Assembly (NCBI GenBank): GCA_964016885.1
Contig: OZ024740.1
Span: 147,002,001 to 147,066,000 of the forward strand
Reading direction: 5' to 3'
DNA from: Eledone cirrhosa
Lineage: Eukaryota
DNA: 64,000 bases
Both the position numbers and the translations under genes were made by a program. Below are positions 23,734 through 37,699 of this stretch, piece by piece. Position 1 is the first letter of the stretch. Every line of letters starts with the position of its first letter. Below the pieces are notes generated by a model. That model was given only the letters and a program-made list of their open reading frames with translations, ran no database searches and was not told where the DNA came from.

Positions 23734-24659
23734 ATAGTATCAATTTTTCTTTGTTCTGTAAAATCAAAGACTGTAAAACTACTTTATAAAAGTTAACGCA
23801 ATATTGTTAAACCTTCAACTAATATACTTTGATCTATAGTTTAAGCCGATTCTACACTTTTGTAGTACGTCACTCTCTCTCTGTGAATATCTAACACTTT
23901 AATTGTATCTCTCTCTGTATAATGGCATATCTCACTCTGTCAGCCTCTCCCTCTGTGTCTTTCTCTATTTAGGTGTGTGTGTGTGTGTGGTGTGTAGCTT
24001 TCGTGTGATTCAACCAACCAATGAACAAACATTTCTCTTTTATATTATATATAGATAACTTTACAAATTGCTCACACTTCCTTAAGAATGGAAACACAAA
24101 CACAAATATAAACATATACAATGCAGAAAAATAGATGGCCTGAGTGAGAGAAAGAAAACAAAAGGGAGGTGGGGAGACAGAAACAACCATCAATTTATCC
24201 CCAAGTGCGACAATTGGCCGCACATCACAAAGGTTAATGGAATATTTTGAGGCAAGCCAATACACTCAGAGTACTACCATGGGTGATGGTGAGGCTAAGG
24301 CGCTGATGCCTCACGGACACCACCTGACACCTCAGTAAGGCAAACCACCAGTGATGACAAGAACTTTGCTGTCAGTGGCCCAACTCTACCAAACGTTTTG
24401 AATGCCACAGGCTGGAAAAAAAATGATTATAAATTGAATTAGAAGCTTTTGCTGTATTTTGACTACAGAAAATAGTGTAATATTAGGGCATATAAGCCCT
24501 CATAACTGAAAAAAATGGGCATCAGCATATATGGGAATCAAACCTACACCTCTTATTGTACAAATAAGTGTGCTAGGCCGATTACACCAACCTGCCTTTA
24601 TTCTAAATGCACATGCTTATTAATGTTGTGTTATTTATAAATATATAATATATTCTCAC

Positions 24660-24711
24660 CATCAACTTCAGGTGCTGCTGCATCATACTGACATTTACCA
24701 AATACACACCA
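24660..24711 (-). CDS. ADAMTS-like metalloprotease exon 8 of those visible (WCVFGKCQYDAAAPEVD)
   Basis: AG acceptor, GTGAG donor, 52 nt, phase 0 to 1. The WCxxGxC motif continues the Cys-rich domain in frame. Confidence 0.88.
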
Positions 24712-25696
24712 CTGAAAGAGACAACAAACAGTATATTTTACTTTGTTTTATATGGGACTATGAAATATGTAAGTTATGGTTTATTTATCAGGGTGACAGT
24801 GGTAAACAGTCTGTTGCTCAGTTTAACACTCCCATCTAGCCCTTGGGTGTCTTTAGTTGAGTCCAATCATTTGTAAATATTTACACTTTCTCTTTCCCTC
24901 CCACCAGTTCTTTTGGTACCATAAGCAAAGAAAAAAAAGGAAGAATGGCAATGTTGACCCTGGCAAGATTTTAACCTAAATCATAATATTGATCTCTTGA
25001 GGACACTTCCTTCCCTCCCACCAGTCTGGGAAACCCTTAAAAGGGTCATGTACACTGTGCTTTCTCCTCCTTGATTAAACATTAAAAAAAAAAATATAGC
25101 AATGTAATTTTAATGTAAACATTTTAGTGATATACATTCAGAATTAAATCTCACCCAGCTGATTACAATCTGCTGGATTAAGCCTTAGGAGTTATATGGG
25201 TCTGAGGCTTACCTATCCATGCAAACTAAAGTGTGGGTTAGATGGAGTGTTCCTGGGATCAGATGATTAGCCCTGACCCATGACACCATCGCAGAATTTT
25301 ATCTCATAATGCAAAAAGTGAGAGCAGACACTGCAAGGCATCCCATCCAATTCTCTAAAAATTCCGTTAATCCACATCCTAAGCAGTTTATTGTAATGTC
25401 CTCAAAAGGATGCAAGACAAAGTTGATCTCATCAGGATTTGAACTCAGATTGCAATAATCCAGAATGAATATAGCAAGGTATTCTATCTGCCACTCTAAT
25501 AACTGCCATTTCATTGCCTTTCAGAATTAAAATGGTGGACCAATTCCCAATTTTGTCAATAAATAATATATAAAACCTTCAACAAAGTGTAGCGTGTCCA
25601 CCTTCTGGGTAAAGTCCCTTTCTAATGATTGTATTTGTAATTTAAGAAGATAATCTCAGTTTTCAACTGATCCATTTGCAAGAATGACATACATTT

Positions 25697-25930
25697 AATA
25701 CTTTTGATACCAAATCACACCTGATTCTATGATACAAAGCTGTTTATTTTAAAGTGTTTATATTTATCTAAAGGCCTTCCATCTTAATTTTATGCAAAAC
25801 CTTTATGTTCCAAATACCAGATTAATAAAATGAGAGTTAATTATTACTAAACTTCTAACTTGTTAATTCCAAAAATATTTAAAAATCATAGGCAGTGTTT
25901 TCCATTAGAATATGGTAAAAGAAAAGGTTA
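25697..25930. mobile_element. AT-rich piggyBac-type MITE, degenerate copy
   Basis: TTAA..CTTTTGATACCAAA start and AAAAGGTTAA end; similar to 40581-40798 and 42505-42718. Confidence 0.55.
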
Positions 25931-26414
25931 AAGTGTTTATATTTAGAATTTTTTGTTGAACTTTTGTTATGTTCCAAACACCAGTAACAAGAATGTTAAC
26001 TATATTGCTAAATCCCTTCAAATTCTTGATTAATTTCAAAATTATTTGACTCCATAAGCAGTGTCTTTCATTAAAAATATGGTAACAAAAGAGTTATTCC
26101 TAGATTCTCTCAGATAACATGCTATCAAGTTTATAAAAAAGGAAAAAAAAAAGCCAAGATTTGATAATGAAGTCATGTATATACAAAAAGGGCTGGGTGG
26201 TTAAAGCTGGATCATCATCATTATCAGTTTTACATGATTTTCCATGCTGATCCCAATGTATTTTAAATAAGGCATGGAACTTATGTAATAAGAACTGACC
26301 TGGACTGTCAAAAGGAAATGTGCACATAAAATCATGATGATGATCAGCATCATCATCATGATAATCGCCATTGACTTCTTTAATACCAAACTGACTTGGT
26401 TTTGTTTGACTTTA

Positions 26415-27570
26415 TGTTCAGAAGTCCTACAGATGCCCTTTTTCTGGTGAGGTGACTGGAGGAGAAGTATCTAGCTAAAAATAAGCCTCTATAACTTAGA
26501 ATTTATTGGCTTGGAAAATACCTTGTGAGGGTTGTGGTACAGGCCATGTATAGAGGTGAAACCAGCAAGATGAAGGTTAACAATAAATACAGTGACAAGT
26601 TTAATGTGTTGGTAGGAGTCCACCATGCCCAGTTCTCAGCCTCTAGTTTATTATAGTCTTCCAGGACATAACAGAGGAATACAAGTCTGGTTGTCAGTGG
26701 GAGCTCCAATATGCTGATGATCTAGCCCCCTTAGCTGAAATGATAGAAGAACTAGAGAAGAAGTTCTAGACATGGAAGCAAAATCTAGAATGAAAGGATC
26801 TCAAAGTAAACCTAGCAAAGACTCAAGTTTTAATAAGAAAAAGGATAAGGCCCTGCTACCATCAGGGAAATATCCATGCCCAATGTGTAGAAAAGGAGTA
26901 AGAACTACCTAGTGTAGATTGTGACACACAAAAAAGATGAGTGGTAGACTAACAGGGGAGGTAGATTTCATGTATGACAGATGCACAGGAGTAATTAACA
27001 GTAAGGCTACTCAAGAAATAACCACTCAAATGTTCAGAAGGCTCACTGGAAATGTTAGAAAGCTTTTGCAATTTAAGTGATCTCATCAGTAGTGGATGAA
27101 AATGTACTGAAAGTATTATAACCAGAGTGAGAACTGGGTGGAAGAAGTTGTGCTTCTCTCTCACAGATTATATGATGCCTGTGTTCAAACTGCATCGCTG
27201 CATGACTGCGAGGCATGGAATTTAAGTACAGAATATTTACAGTGTCTTAAAAGGTGTACATACTCTGTTGAATGTGTAATACTAGTGTGTGTGTGAACAA
27301 CAGAGAACAAAGAAACAGAGAAAAGTTGTGTATAAGAGAAGGTAAATGTTGTGTGCAAGAGAAATGATTGTACTGATATGGGCATGTGATGCATAAGGAG
27401 AAGGAGAGTTGTATATAAAACGCCAAGTGCTTGAGGTGGGTGGAACTGGTGGAAAGCTAGGGATGAAGTTATGAAGGATTTGAACCTCACAAAGAAGATG
27501 ATACAGGATTGTGCTGACTGGTGATAGGCCATAATGCAAAAGACATGTCCACCAGTACAAGCACAGCGAT
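26415..27570 (+). mobile_element. Old, heavily mutated RTE LINE copy related to the PHD-bearing families
   Basis: Remnants of EKYLAK, VQAMYRG, VGVH, YADDL, KVNLAKT and SGKYPCPMCRKGV, with many stops and frameshifts. Confidence 0.8.
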
Positions 27571-28437
27571 AGTAAAAGTAAATGTGGTGAGAGACAAGAG
27601 GCTTCAATATTTTTTAACTGAAATCAAACACAGACTATATAGGGTTTGAGAGGACTCTTTAGTCTGGCCTAGCATATGACAACCTCTCTAGTGTTGGTGC
27701 CATGATAAAATGCATCCAATACACCATGTAAGATGGTTGGCATAAAGAAGGGCATCAATCTGCAGAAACCATATAAAATATGGAATTTAATGTGCAAAAT
27801 TAGTCACACTGACTTGTCTGGTCTTGAACAACTCATTCAACCCATTCTAGTATGGAAAGAGGACATAAAATGATGATGATGATAACTTCTTGTCTGTCTC
27901 TGTGATTATTTGTTATTTTGTAAAGCATATTAATCCTTTTTTTATTTTACTATATTACTTTCAAATAATTTTTTAAATAATTAATAATTTAGAGAAATTT
28001 AGTAATATAACTAACACTCCTATTATTAAGCTGGACAAGATTATGATGGAAGGTTTTTAGCTAAATATAAAGACTAACACTTTCATTGTCATATTTCTAA
28101 TAAAAGTTACTGCCTATGATTTTCAAATTGTTTTTTTAAATAATTGAGTAAATAATTTAGTAAAATAACTTTCACGTTTTTAAGCAGGTGTTTCAAACAA
28201 AGGTTCTTACATGAAATTATGCAGGATAGTTTTTAGATAAATATTAACACATTAAAACAAGTAGCTTAATATTGTAGAATTAAGGGTGGTTTCAATTAAG
28301 TTAGTATGAAAAGAGTTAACTAGATCTTATGAAAGAAAATCTTAGTTTAAAAAATATTGAAAACCTTTCACTAAATAATATATGTTTATCAACAATGGCA
28401 ACAACAACAATTAAAGAGAGAAGCAAATTTTACTCAC

Positions 28438-28551
28438 CGTTTTGTTACCACATGATGTCTTATGTGCAGCAAATATTTTTTTGCAGGAATTGGCACCTAT
28501 CCGACATTTTAATTTCAAACATATCTGAGATAAATTCTGACTGAACATATT
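28438..28551 (-). CDS. ADAMTS-like exon 7 (NMFSQNLSQICLKLKCRIGANSCKKIFAAHKTSCGNKT)
   Basis: TAG acceptor, GTGAGT donor, 114 nt, phase 0-0. ICxxLxC...TSCG pattern of the disintegrin-like/Cys-rich domain. An in-frame alternative acceptor would end the exon at 28524. Confidence 0.85.
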
Positions 28552-28877
28552 CTATAATAATTATAATAATAATGGTTTCTTTATTAGCCACAATATAATA
28601 ATAATAACAATGGTGGAATTTGTAGTTTACTTGAAGTATATATGGTATAATGAATTTGAATATTTCAAGATTAACATTTCAAGATTAACATCTCTTCTGA
28701 GGAAAATAATTATTTTCCTTGGAAGAAGAGATGTTAATCTCGATATATCAGGACAAATAAATAAATTATGGTAAAAACACTCCTCGTTTCTTATGACTTA
28801 ATTATTTGTTTATTCATCCACTTCACATTGTCGTGGCTTTCAAACTTCAAATTCTTAATAATAATAATAATAATAAT

Positions 28878-29066
28878 AATTGTTTCTACTTTTGGCACAA
28901 GGCCAGCAATTACCCAGTGCATTACTGGTACTTTATTTTATCGACCCTGTAAGGATGAAAGGCAAAGTTAACCTTGGCGGATTTGAACTCAGAATGGCAA
29001 GGGCCATAACTCTATGCATCAAAGCATGGTGTCCGACCCTCTACCGATACTGCCAATCCACTGCCC
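28878..29066 (-). mobile_element. SINE family 2 copy with (AAT)n tail
   Basis: Reverse complement of 21531-21720. Confidence 0.85.
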
Positions 29067-29359
29067 TTAATAATAATAATAATTGCTTTTATTCGTCAAA
29101 AGGGCCTAAGACTAAAAGAGAATAAAAGGACAAACATAACACAGAGTGGGGCTCATATCGAGTAAAGGACGGAATATCACTGATGAGAAAACAGTAGGAA
29201 TAACAATAAAAGAATTTGTAATAAGTATACATAACAATAGAATAATTATTTGCCACTAGGGCCCAAAACAATATGGGCAATACAATAGAGAGGGACAGTA
29301 GGGATTTATATATTAAAGAATAGTGTAAAAAGAAAAAAAAAAAAAAGAAAATCTACTTT

Positions 29360-30145
29360 GCCCACTTGTTCCTGGGAGGGTCATGGGGGCAGAGTCCTCA
29401 AACACTCCTTCCAGTAGGTCCTGTCAGAAGCAACTATCTCCAACTGATCTGGCTGGATCCTCAAGTGTGACCAGCCAAACTCATGGATGTTATCCAACCA
29501 TCTTGCTCGGGGTCTACCCTGGGTCTCCTACCGCTTGATTTTGCCCATAAAATCTGTCCAATGATTCCTTCCCGAGACATTCTAACCACATGCCCATAAT
29601 TTCAGAGCTGAGATCTCTCAATTTGGAGAAGTAGTGGCTCTACCTGGAGTGACTCTCTGATCTCCGATCTATGCACTTTATTGAGTAACGTTACTCCAAA
29701 GTCCCTTTGGAGGAATCCCATTTTGGCCACTTGTAATCGCGATCATATTCGGTCATTACCCAAGATTCATGACCATACGTAAGGGTTGGTACAAAAACTG
29801 GATTGAAGACAGCGAGTTTGGCTTTTATGACTACCTCACTTCTTGTGATTACTAAATTCTGAAGCTGGTGCATTACTGCACCAGCTTTTGCAATTTTTGC
29901 ACTTAATTCAGCCTCCTGTCTTCCATCACTTGTGAACACGGCTCTGAGATACTTGAACTTCTCCACCTGCTTCAGTGGAACTCCATTCACATGTAGCATG
30001 CACTGCGCAGGCTTCCTTGAGAGGATGAGTATCTCAGTTTTCACAGCACTGATTTTCATTCCAGCCATGCAGCACTCGGCATCATATCTATCAAGTGCAA
30101 GTCGAAGATCATCTGTCGAGTTGAGTAACACTATGTCAGCCGACT
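29360..30145 (-). mobile_element. RTE-clade LINE 3' fragment of a family lacking the PHD insert
   Basis: GMKISAVKTEILILSRKPAQCMLHVNGVPLKQVEKFKYL, PTLTYGHESWVMT, GRPRARWLDNI. Confidence 0.85.
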
Positions 30146-30599
30146 GATTTTACACCTACCAGTAACAAAGAAAAATTTATAACAAAAGAATTCCTCAATA
30201 GGGGAGGGGGGACATCACCCAAGAGTAATTTTCTAACCCCCCCCCCCCTCAATTCAAATCCACCCTGAACACCAAGAGCACCATCAGAAAGTGCTCCTCT
30301 CCTCCCAGCACTCTCCAGCCTACAGGCTCAGAGTAGGTCCTTTCACATGAGAAATCCTTGCTACCATTTATGAAATGTACTGGGGGCGGGGTGGGGCAGT
30401 ACTTCCCTCTCCATTATTACTTTTCTTTCCAAATGGAATTTGAAAAGTCAATGAGGGCTTGGCCAAAGAGGAATGTGTCTGTCTTCAGTCCTTTGGGATA
30501 TGTCCATTACACAACCTCTTTCACCACAGCCATCTGTCAGAGGAAAACAGCTGCCTGCTCTTCTTGAGCAAAGGATGGTGGTGGAGTTGGCTGATAGCT

Positions 30600-31480
30600 T
30601 GATCTAACTTACCTGTGACAATAGCTGTTTGACAAAACTCTACAAGTCAGCAATGTCCAAACACTGAATGAATACAAGCAGAACGGTTTTGTTACTCTGC
30701 ATGTATCTCGATAGGTCTGTCTGACTGCACTTCTGAGCCTGTAAAGTTTGTCTTGAATCAGCAGTCGCCACCCCCCAGCAGCATTGCAAGGCCATGGATT
30801 TTTGGAAATTGTCAATAGTCCATGGACCAAACGTTCTCTGGAACAGACTATCTGGTTTGTTCTTGTAGACACGCAGAGTTTCATCGTCACTCTAGCACAC
30901 AACTTGTCCTCTGTCAAACACTAACATGGAATTTCCGCTGACCACATTACCCAACTGATAGAAGGCTGTGAGAGCCTAACAACATCCCAGATGCCAGGCG
31001 CTCAGTCTTGGTCTTCACTTGACCCAGGGTTGCAGCTCAGTCAAAGAGATGAGCTGCAGAAAGATGTCTCAGGCAAATGGTGACCACACCTGTTCACCAC
31101 TTAGGAATATCTGCAAATGCTGTAGCCTCAGTACATGTTTGTACCTCAGCTATAATATGCCAAGCTCACCATACAAAGGGTGTTGGCAGTAGATTGTCCA
31201 CCTGACCAGTGGAACCTGTCACTTCCACAAGAAGTGAAAGAGCAGGTGCTCCAATCTGGTAAGACATGGGCTGGAGCAAGTTATGACAGTCAGAGGGTAA
31301 TATGTGATGGAGGCAATGTACACGTTCACCAAATTTTCAGGGATAGTTTTCATTTCTGGATTAGAGTAACCACCCTCCTCATTATTGTAGTTCTTATTCA
31401 CCAGCTTCTGCAGTATTGATTTGAGAGTCAGCACAGACAGAAGGGAGGAGAAAAGGCATCCTTGACGGACCAAGCACATG
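30600..31480 (-). mobile_element. Very degenerate non-LTR retrotransposon remnant
   Basis: VRQGCLFSSLL (RT motif B') near 31450-31475. The rest is fragmentary. Confidence 0.4.
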
Positions 31481-32190
31481 ATTTAAAATGGTTCTAGTAG
31501 GTGGCCATTTACTCTGAGCACCAAACATTGGCTGCATGCAAAGGTTTGAAGGGCCGTGAATAATATAGTTGCTCTGTGTAGTCAGAATTAACTGGCATAA
31601 GTAAGTAGTTGGATAGACAAATTCATTAGTATTTGGGGAAGGGGACTTTGTGGAGATAATTAAGATCTATTTTATACAAATTCCTGAACTGGCCTCTAAC
31701 AACGTTGGTGTTTTAGGATTGGGGTGGGTAGTGTACTTTTCCCAAACAACATATATACTAGTTCTGTCATACACACATGATAAATTCACTCATGTAAATA
31801 AAATAGCTCACACGCACGCACACAGTTATATAGCCACACATATCCACTGATTTTTTCATGGGAATATATAGACAATCCTACAAACACCTAGTCGTATAGA
31901 TATAACCTTTTATCGATTTATATCCCCTAGTATATTGATTGATACAATCAGACACCCAGAAAGCTATAACCAAGCATGTACGCATACTTAACCCATAGAC
32001 ACAGCTATCTACATTCGTTCATACACACATATAGATACATATATATATAGGTATGAGTTTATATGGACTTACACATGGACACACTCATACATATGTGTGC
32101 TTATACATACATACATACACACAAATATATACATGCATACATACATAAATATATACATATGTGTATATCATCATCATTATTTAACGTCCA

Positions 32191-32381
32191 AGGGCGGTGG
32201 ATTGGCAGTATCGGTAGAGGGTCGGACGCCATGCTTTCCAGCATAGTTACGTCCCTTTACCATCTGAGTTCAAATCCCGCCGAGGTTGACTTTGCCTTTC
32301 ATCCTTACGGGGTCGATAAAATAAAGTACCAGTAATGCACTGGTAATTGCTGGCCTTGTGCCTAAAGTAGAAACAATTATT
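32191..32381 (+). mobile_element. SINE family 2 copy inserted into an RTE-type tail
   Basis: Matches 21531-21720. Flanked by the direct repeat ATTATTTAACGTCCA (~32176 and ~32376), a probable target-site duplication. Confidence 0.85.
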
Positions 32382-33179
32382 TAACGTCCATTTTCTATGC
32401 TAGCATGGGTTAGATGGGTCGACCCATTTGATGTAAGTTGAGTCAGGTGACCATGTCTTACTCATAGAGGACTGTTTCTGGCTAGGTTTCTACAGCTTAC
32501 TCTATACATATTTATTTATATTATTTAGGTAGATACGTAGATACATATACACAAGACTAGATGGAAAGACTCCTATGTATATGTGAGTATGCACATGTAG
32601 GCAAATATAAATGCACACACATGCAGAAGAGGTATATATTCACACAGGTTCCTATGTGCATAGGTGGATATCACTGCACTCTGCCTGATTTTTAAAGTTC
32701 AAGTACATACCATGATATACTGTTATCCAAGCAGAGTCAGTTGTGGATTTAAATGGATTAGTATAAATGGGGGAAGAGGGGATGACTGGATGTATGCATG
32801 CATTTAATTTAGGTATAATGTGAACAGATAGGTAAATGCAGAGGCAAAAAAAATAAAAGCGAAAAAACAACAGTGGAAAGGTTGGAGTAAAGTTGCTGAG
32901 AAGAAGGCAGCAGCTATATCAATGGGAAAAGCCCCTGCCAATTCTTTACTTTTGGCAGCTGGGTAGGCAGTTTGTTTCTTGTTTCTAGTTTGGCAGACGA
33001 CCATCTGCTTACATACTGGTGCCCATGAGCATGTAGGTTCCAACATAGATTGTCCAATGCACAGAATTGTCAATTGAAAATCTTGATTTTATGTACATAC
33101 ATTATTTGTTAAATCATTGTAAAATTAAAGTAACTATTTGCATCATCCAGTGCATGCCTGTGTGTGTTTATGCACACAT

Positions 33180-34810
33180 TAAATCCCACCAGAAGAGGAT
33201 GTAGTGTCTCATGTAGGGCAGTGCCTATACTAGGGCTGCCGTTCCATAATATGCTTATGTACTTTTTTGCATAGATTATGTATTTGATTTATAGAGGCCC
33301 TGATTTGGGTTATCCAATGTTAAACTTATGTTGGCTTGCTCGAGTTTTTACATTAGAATGTTGTGATCAACCCTGTCAAAGGCCTTGCTGATGACATCAA
33401 TGTTGGATCCCTCTCCCAAAGCTCTTAAAATGTCATCAAAGTGATGCAGGAGCTGCATTAGGCAGTCCCTTCCATTATGGAACCAATGTTGGTTGGAGTT
33501 ATTTATGATCTCACTCCTTCTCAAATACTATGACATGAGAGGTGAGTAAGAACGGATGGTAATTCACTGCAAGGGACTTGTTTCCCTTTTTGAAAACTGG
33601 GACAACAGACTGGGACAGAAAGTTTTCAGGTATATAGCCAACGTCCAGTGAGTTCCTCCCTAGATTAGCTAGAGGAGAAGCTAGTTGGTGTCAACACACC
33701 TTCAGGACATAAGCAGAGAATCTAGTGGTGCCTACTGCTGAATTGTGTTTAATTTCGTTTATTGTCTCTAAAACATCAGGGGCGCCTAACGTTATGTCCA
33801 ATATAGTATGTTGGGGATTAACATCACTAATACAGCCCAGATCAGCCATATCAGGATTACTGAAAACAGCAGTATTATTTCCGCAGTATCTCATCCATGG
33901 CTTTAGTATTGTCTTGGAGAGTGCCAGTTTCATCAATCAGAAGGGCAACAGTGGAGACAGTCACCTTGTGTTTTTTTTTCATAAATAAAAATAACACTTT
34001 AGGATTGAGTTTCATTTTCTCAATGGCCCATTTCTCCTCAGCTGCTCTTTAGTTATTGATGATGGTCTTCATGCACTTTTTGAGGTTATATTTTTTTTAT
34101 TCGAGTAGTGCAATAGCCGTTGAATGTGTGTGTTGCATTTGGCAGCATTTTAGTTTGTTGATTTTTTTGTTTGTTCTTTTTATTTTTCTGATAGTTTTTC
34201 TGTTTTGGGGGATTCTGTACTTAGTTTTGTTCACAGATCTTGGTGTGGTGTGTTTTGCACATATGTTTGTGACAGTGTCTACAAATATCTGCCAAGATGT
34301 TTTGATGTTGGCAGAGATGTGTGAAAGATCAGTCAACATGTGATAGCTTGTTAGTGATTGCATCCCAGTTGGTATCATGAAGATCCATGTTATCAAATGG
34401 GTGTGCTAGAGAGAGTTCAGTGGGTCTAGCTTTCGGCTGGTGGAATCTCGGGTTACAGAGAACCATGTCATGGTCTCAAAGAAGGGGTTTTTCCACTGTA
34501 ATATTATGTATAGTATTAGTGTAGTTACTAAACACTAGGTCCAAAATGTTTTTCTATCTTGTTGGTGCAAGGAGAAGTTGGGACAAGAAAACCTCACCCA
34601 TAAAGTTGATAAGTGACTACTGCTGCTTTGTCAGTAGTCGAGGAGGAAGTGCCTGATTTCAAACTGTTTGTAGAACAATCAGCACAGAGTAGATTAAAGT
34701 CTCCCATCATGAGTATGTTACCAGAATAGTTGTATAAAACAATGCTATTGAGGCATTCTTTAAAGCACAGTATGGGCATTTGGGGTGGCCTATAGAGCCC
34801 AACTACTATT
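33180..34810 (-). mobile_element. Degenerate CR1/Jockey-group LINE (APE endonuclease and RT remnants)
   Basis: GLYRPP and ILMMGDFNL (endonuclease); FKKGNKSLAVNY, DCLMQLL and SKAFDRVDH (RT). Confidence 0.75.
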
Positions 34811-35785
34811 AAGTCATTGAATTTGCTTTGTATCTGCTTTACAGGGGTGTTAAATATTTGGGCTGTTTTTTCAGCAATATCATTCAGACAAGAAGCATCT
34901 ATATTTTCAGTTTGGGAGAGACAAAACCATGCATTTATGAGGAGGTCAATTTCATTGTCAGACCAATGTCGTTTGTTGTAAGCATACTGGTTAGTTGTCT
35001 TTTTTTATTTTATATATTCTCTCTTAAGTGTGTCAGTTTTAGGATATTTGGTTATTTGAGGAAACACACGGAATTCACGGAATTTTCCTTGGAACCTAAC
35101 TAATAATTGTTTGTGAAAATATATAAATACAAATACATACATACATATATATATATATATACATATCCATATATAATATATACACACACGTATATATAAA
35201 TGTATGTTGTAAAATATGGCCCTGTTACATGATCTGATCATGATGTAAGACTCTGGCAACATCACAGGTGTGATTTGCATCATTAGTGAATCAATAAAAT
35301 TAAATATGGCAAACACGAATAAAGAATATTCGGTGTTATCGTCATGGCAGACTATCTCTGACCAACACACTCATCAATGCTAAACATTGTGGGTTTGGTC
35401 GGTATGACCAATGAGGTTGGCTTGTGTGGTGGTGACATAATCCTGCTGTTCATAGATATTGCCATGCCATTAATTAGAACCAAATGGTCAGCTGCTACAA
35501 GCCCTGACACCAATATAGGAGGAACTACCACCTCAGGTCAAGGCAATATGCCGGAACTGAGTCTACCTCAAAGCCTGGACCAGACTGTGCATAGCTACAT
35601 ATACCCATATGGACCAATGAGATATTTGACGGACTCTTAATTGTTTAATGCATCCGCATAATTCCTTCAGAATTCTTGCATGCATTAATTTCAACTTTTC
35701 TTATTAATAACTGCATTGCTTTTTTTTCTAAGTAAACTGGCATCTGGCTGTTCAAAGGCTTCAAATGTAACAAGTAGTTCTCTTG

Positions 35786-36140
35786 AAAATGGACAAATTT
35801 TGGCATTGTGGTGTTATAAAGAACCTGCAGAAAAAGAGTTTAGGCCTCAAGGACATTCATGCTGACATGGTTGCTACATTAGGTAATGACGCTCCAACTT
35901 TATCAACAGTGCAAAGGTGGGAAACTGCATTTACGAGGGGAAGAAAGAGTATTGAAGGTGACCCAAGGTCTGGACATCCTGCAATTGCCAGCACCAAAAA
36001 AATATCGATCGGTTTCACCACATGGGGATGAATGACAGGCAATTGACTACAAATCAAACAACCAATGCTATTAGTATATCCCATGAAAGAGTTGAGAATA
36101 CTCTGTTCAATAAACTTGGCATGATGAAGGTTTCGGGATC
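35786..36140 (+). mobile_element. mariner transposase N-terminal (HTH) fragment
   Basis: VIKNLQKK...KDIHADMVATLGNDAPTLSTVQRWETAFTRGRKSIEGDPRSGHP, followed by a frameshifted second HTH. Confidence 0.8.
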
Positions 36141-36239
36141 CCATTGAGAGGAAGGTATTGGCTCTTAAAGCTTAGGCTGAAAGATAGGTCTCTGTGGGTG
36201 GTGCAAGTTTATGCTAAAAAAAAATAGTCTGAATATAGA

Positions 36240-36445
36240 TCCTTCCTTGATGAAGTCACTGCAGTCTTAGATGTAGTAAAGACTCAGGGATATATCCTAA
36301 TGGGAGACTTTAATTACATGTAGGCACTGACAACCTGACATAGAATGGAGTGACTGAAAGGAATAGCAATCAAAATACAAATAGAGAAGTCTTATTAGAC
36401 TTCTGTGCTAGTAATGGGCTCTCTAGTATGAACAACTTCTTTCAA
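36240..36445 (+). mobile_element. RTE-type APE endonuclease fragment
   Basis: ILMGDFN...LLDFCASNGLSSMNNFF. Confidence 0.6.
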
Positions 36446-36586
36446 GCCACAATACAGATCTCTATGAGCAAGATGTATTCATCCAAACTGATGTTTTCAT
36501 AACATGACAACCTGTCCAACCTAAGCAAATATGTAAAATTGGACAAATGATGATGATGAAGTCTAACATAAATGAGAAGAACTCAC

Positions 36587-36713
36587 TGAGCAAATTCCTT
36601 GAGCAGAATTCAATGTCTTGCACTGATCCTTGGCATTATATAACTGGCCAGTTGGTCTAGAAATTACAATCATATTTTTAAATGGTGTGCCTGCTACTTC
36701 CAAACATTTATTT
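36587..36713 (-). CDS. ADAMTS-like exon 6 (NKCLEVAGTPFKNMIVISRPTGQLYNAKDQCKTLNSAQGICS)
   Basis: CAG acceptor, GTGAGT donor, 127 nt, phase 2-0. The GQLYxxxxQC motif starts the ADAMTS disintegrin-like domain. Confidence 0.9.
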
Positions 36714-37534
36714 CTGCAAAAGTAAAAACATTTATATCAATAAGACTTATTATTGTATAGACAAGGGTGGTACATTGGTACAATTGTTAGAGCATTGAAT
36801 AAAATGCCTTGACATATTTATTTTGATTTTTACATTCTGAATACAAATCCAACTGATGTCAACTTTGCCTTTCAGCCTTTCATGGGTGATAAAATAAAGT
36901 ACCAGGTGACTTTTTCCTTACGAATATTACTGTGTCTTGTGCCTAGGGTAGAAAGCATTACTATAGTATAGGCTTAACTTGTTAGACGAAGAAACTTTTC
37001 CTTTGCTTGGTGTGTCTCATACTAATATATTATATGCCCCATTGTCTGTCAGTCTGTTTTTATGTCTTTCTCTCTCTCTTCATATCGATCTCTATCTCTT
37101 TATCAGTACATCTATCGTGGCATGGTGTAATGTTTTAGGATACCTACTGATATCAGAATTCAACTGTGTTCAACCTTATCACTAAATTGTGATCAATATT
37201 ATCCCTCAACTATACCCAACATTATCCCTCATTTCTATCTAACTTTTTAACTTAACTATACACATTCTATCGCTCCACTGTACCCATTCTATCACTCATC
37301 TACACTCATTCTATTACTCAACTGTATCCATTCTATTGCAAATGTAGAAATGCTATACTGGGGAGGACTTGTCAAACATATGCAAGCATGGAAAAATGTA
37401 GGCTGTGGTGAAAACTGACTTTAAGGAACTACATTTCACAAAGGAGAGAAACATATGGAGAGATGCTGTACTAGAGAGGATTTATTTGAACTTTGCAATC
37501 ATGGAAAAATGATGATGATGATAAATCAACTTAC

Positions 37535-37699
37535 CTTAAATTTTGTACAAAATGCTTCATTGTCTTGATACTACAACTAGAGAATATAAAGCTGTTCAGT
37601 TTCTGTATTTTGGTCTGGTTCTTCACAACAGTGGAAGACATAATGTAGGAATCAGTGTCATGGCAACTATTTTGTTGTCCATCATGTTTAGCATTTAAA
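37535..37699 (-). CDS. ADAMTS-like exon 5 (LNAKHDGQQNSCHDTDSYIMSS...FSSCSIKTMKHFV)
   Basis: CAG acceptor, GTAAGT donor, 165 nt, phase 2-2. Contains the third Zn-ligand His + Asp, the Met-turn YIMS and FSxCS. Confidence 0.93.

Noticed and set aside
24285-24350. CTGATG...CAAAC as a possible hammerhead
   Set aside because: Core nucleotides are wrong and no consistent stems I and III were found.
24500-24591. Candidate next exon after 24660 (GWCNRPSTLIC...)
   Set aside because: Weak acceptor, very short intron and no recognisable domain motif.
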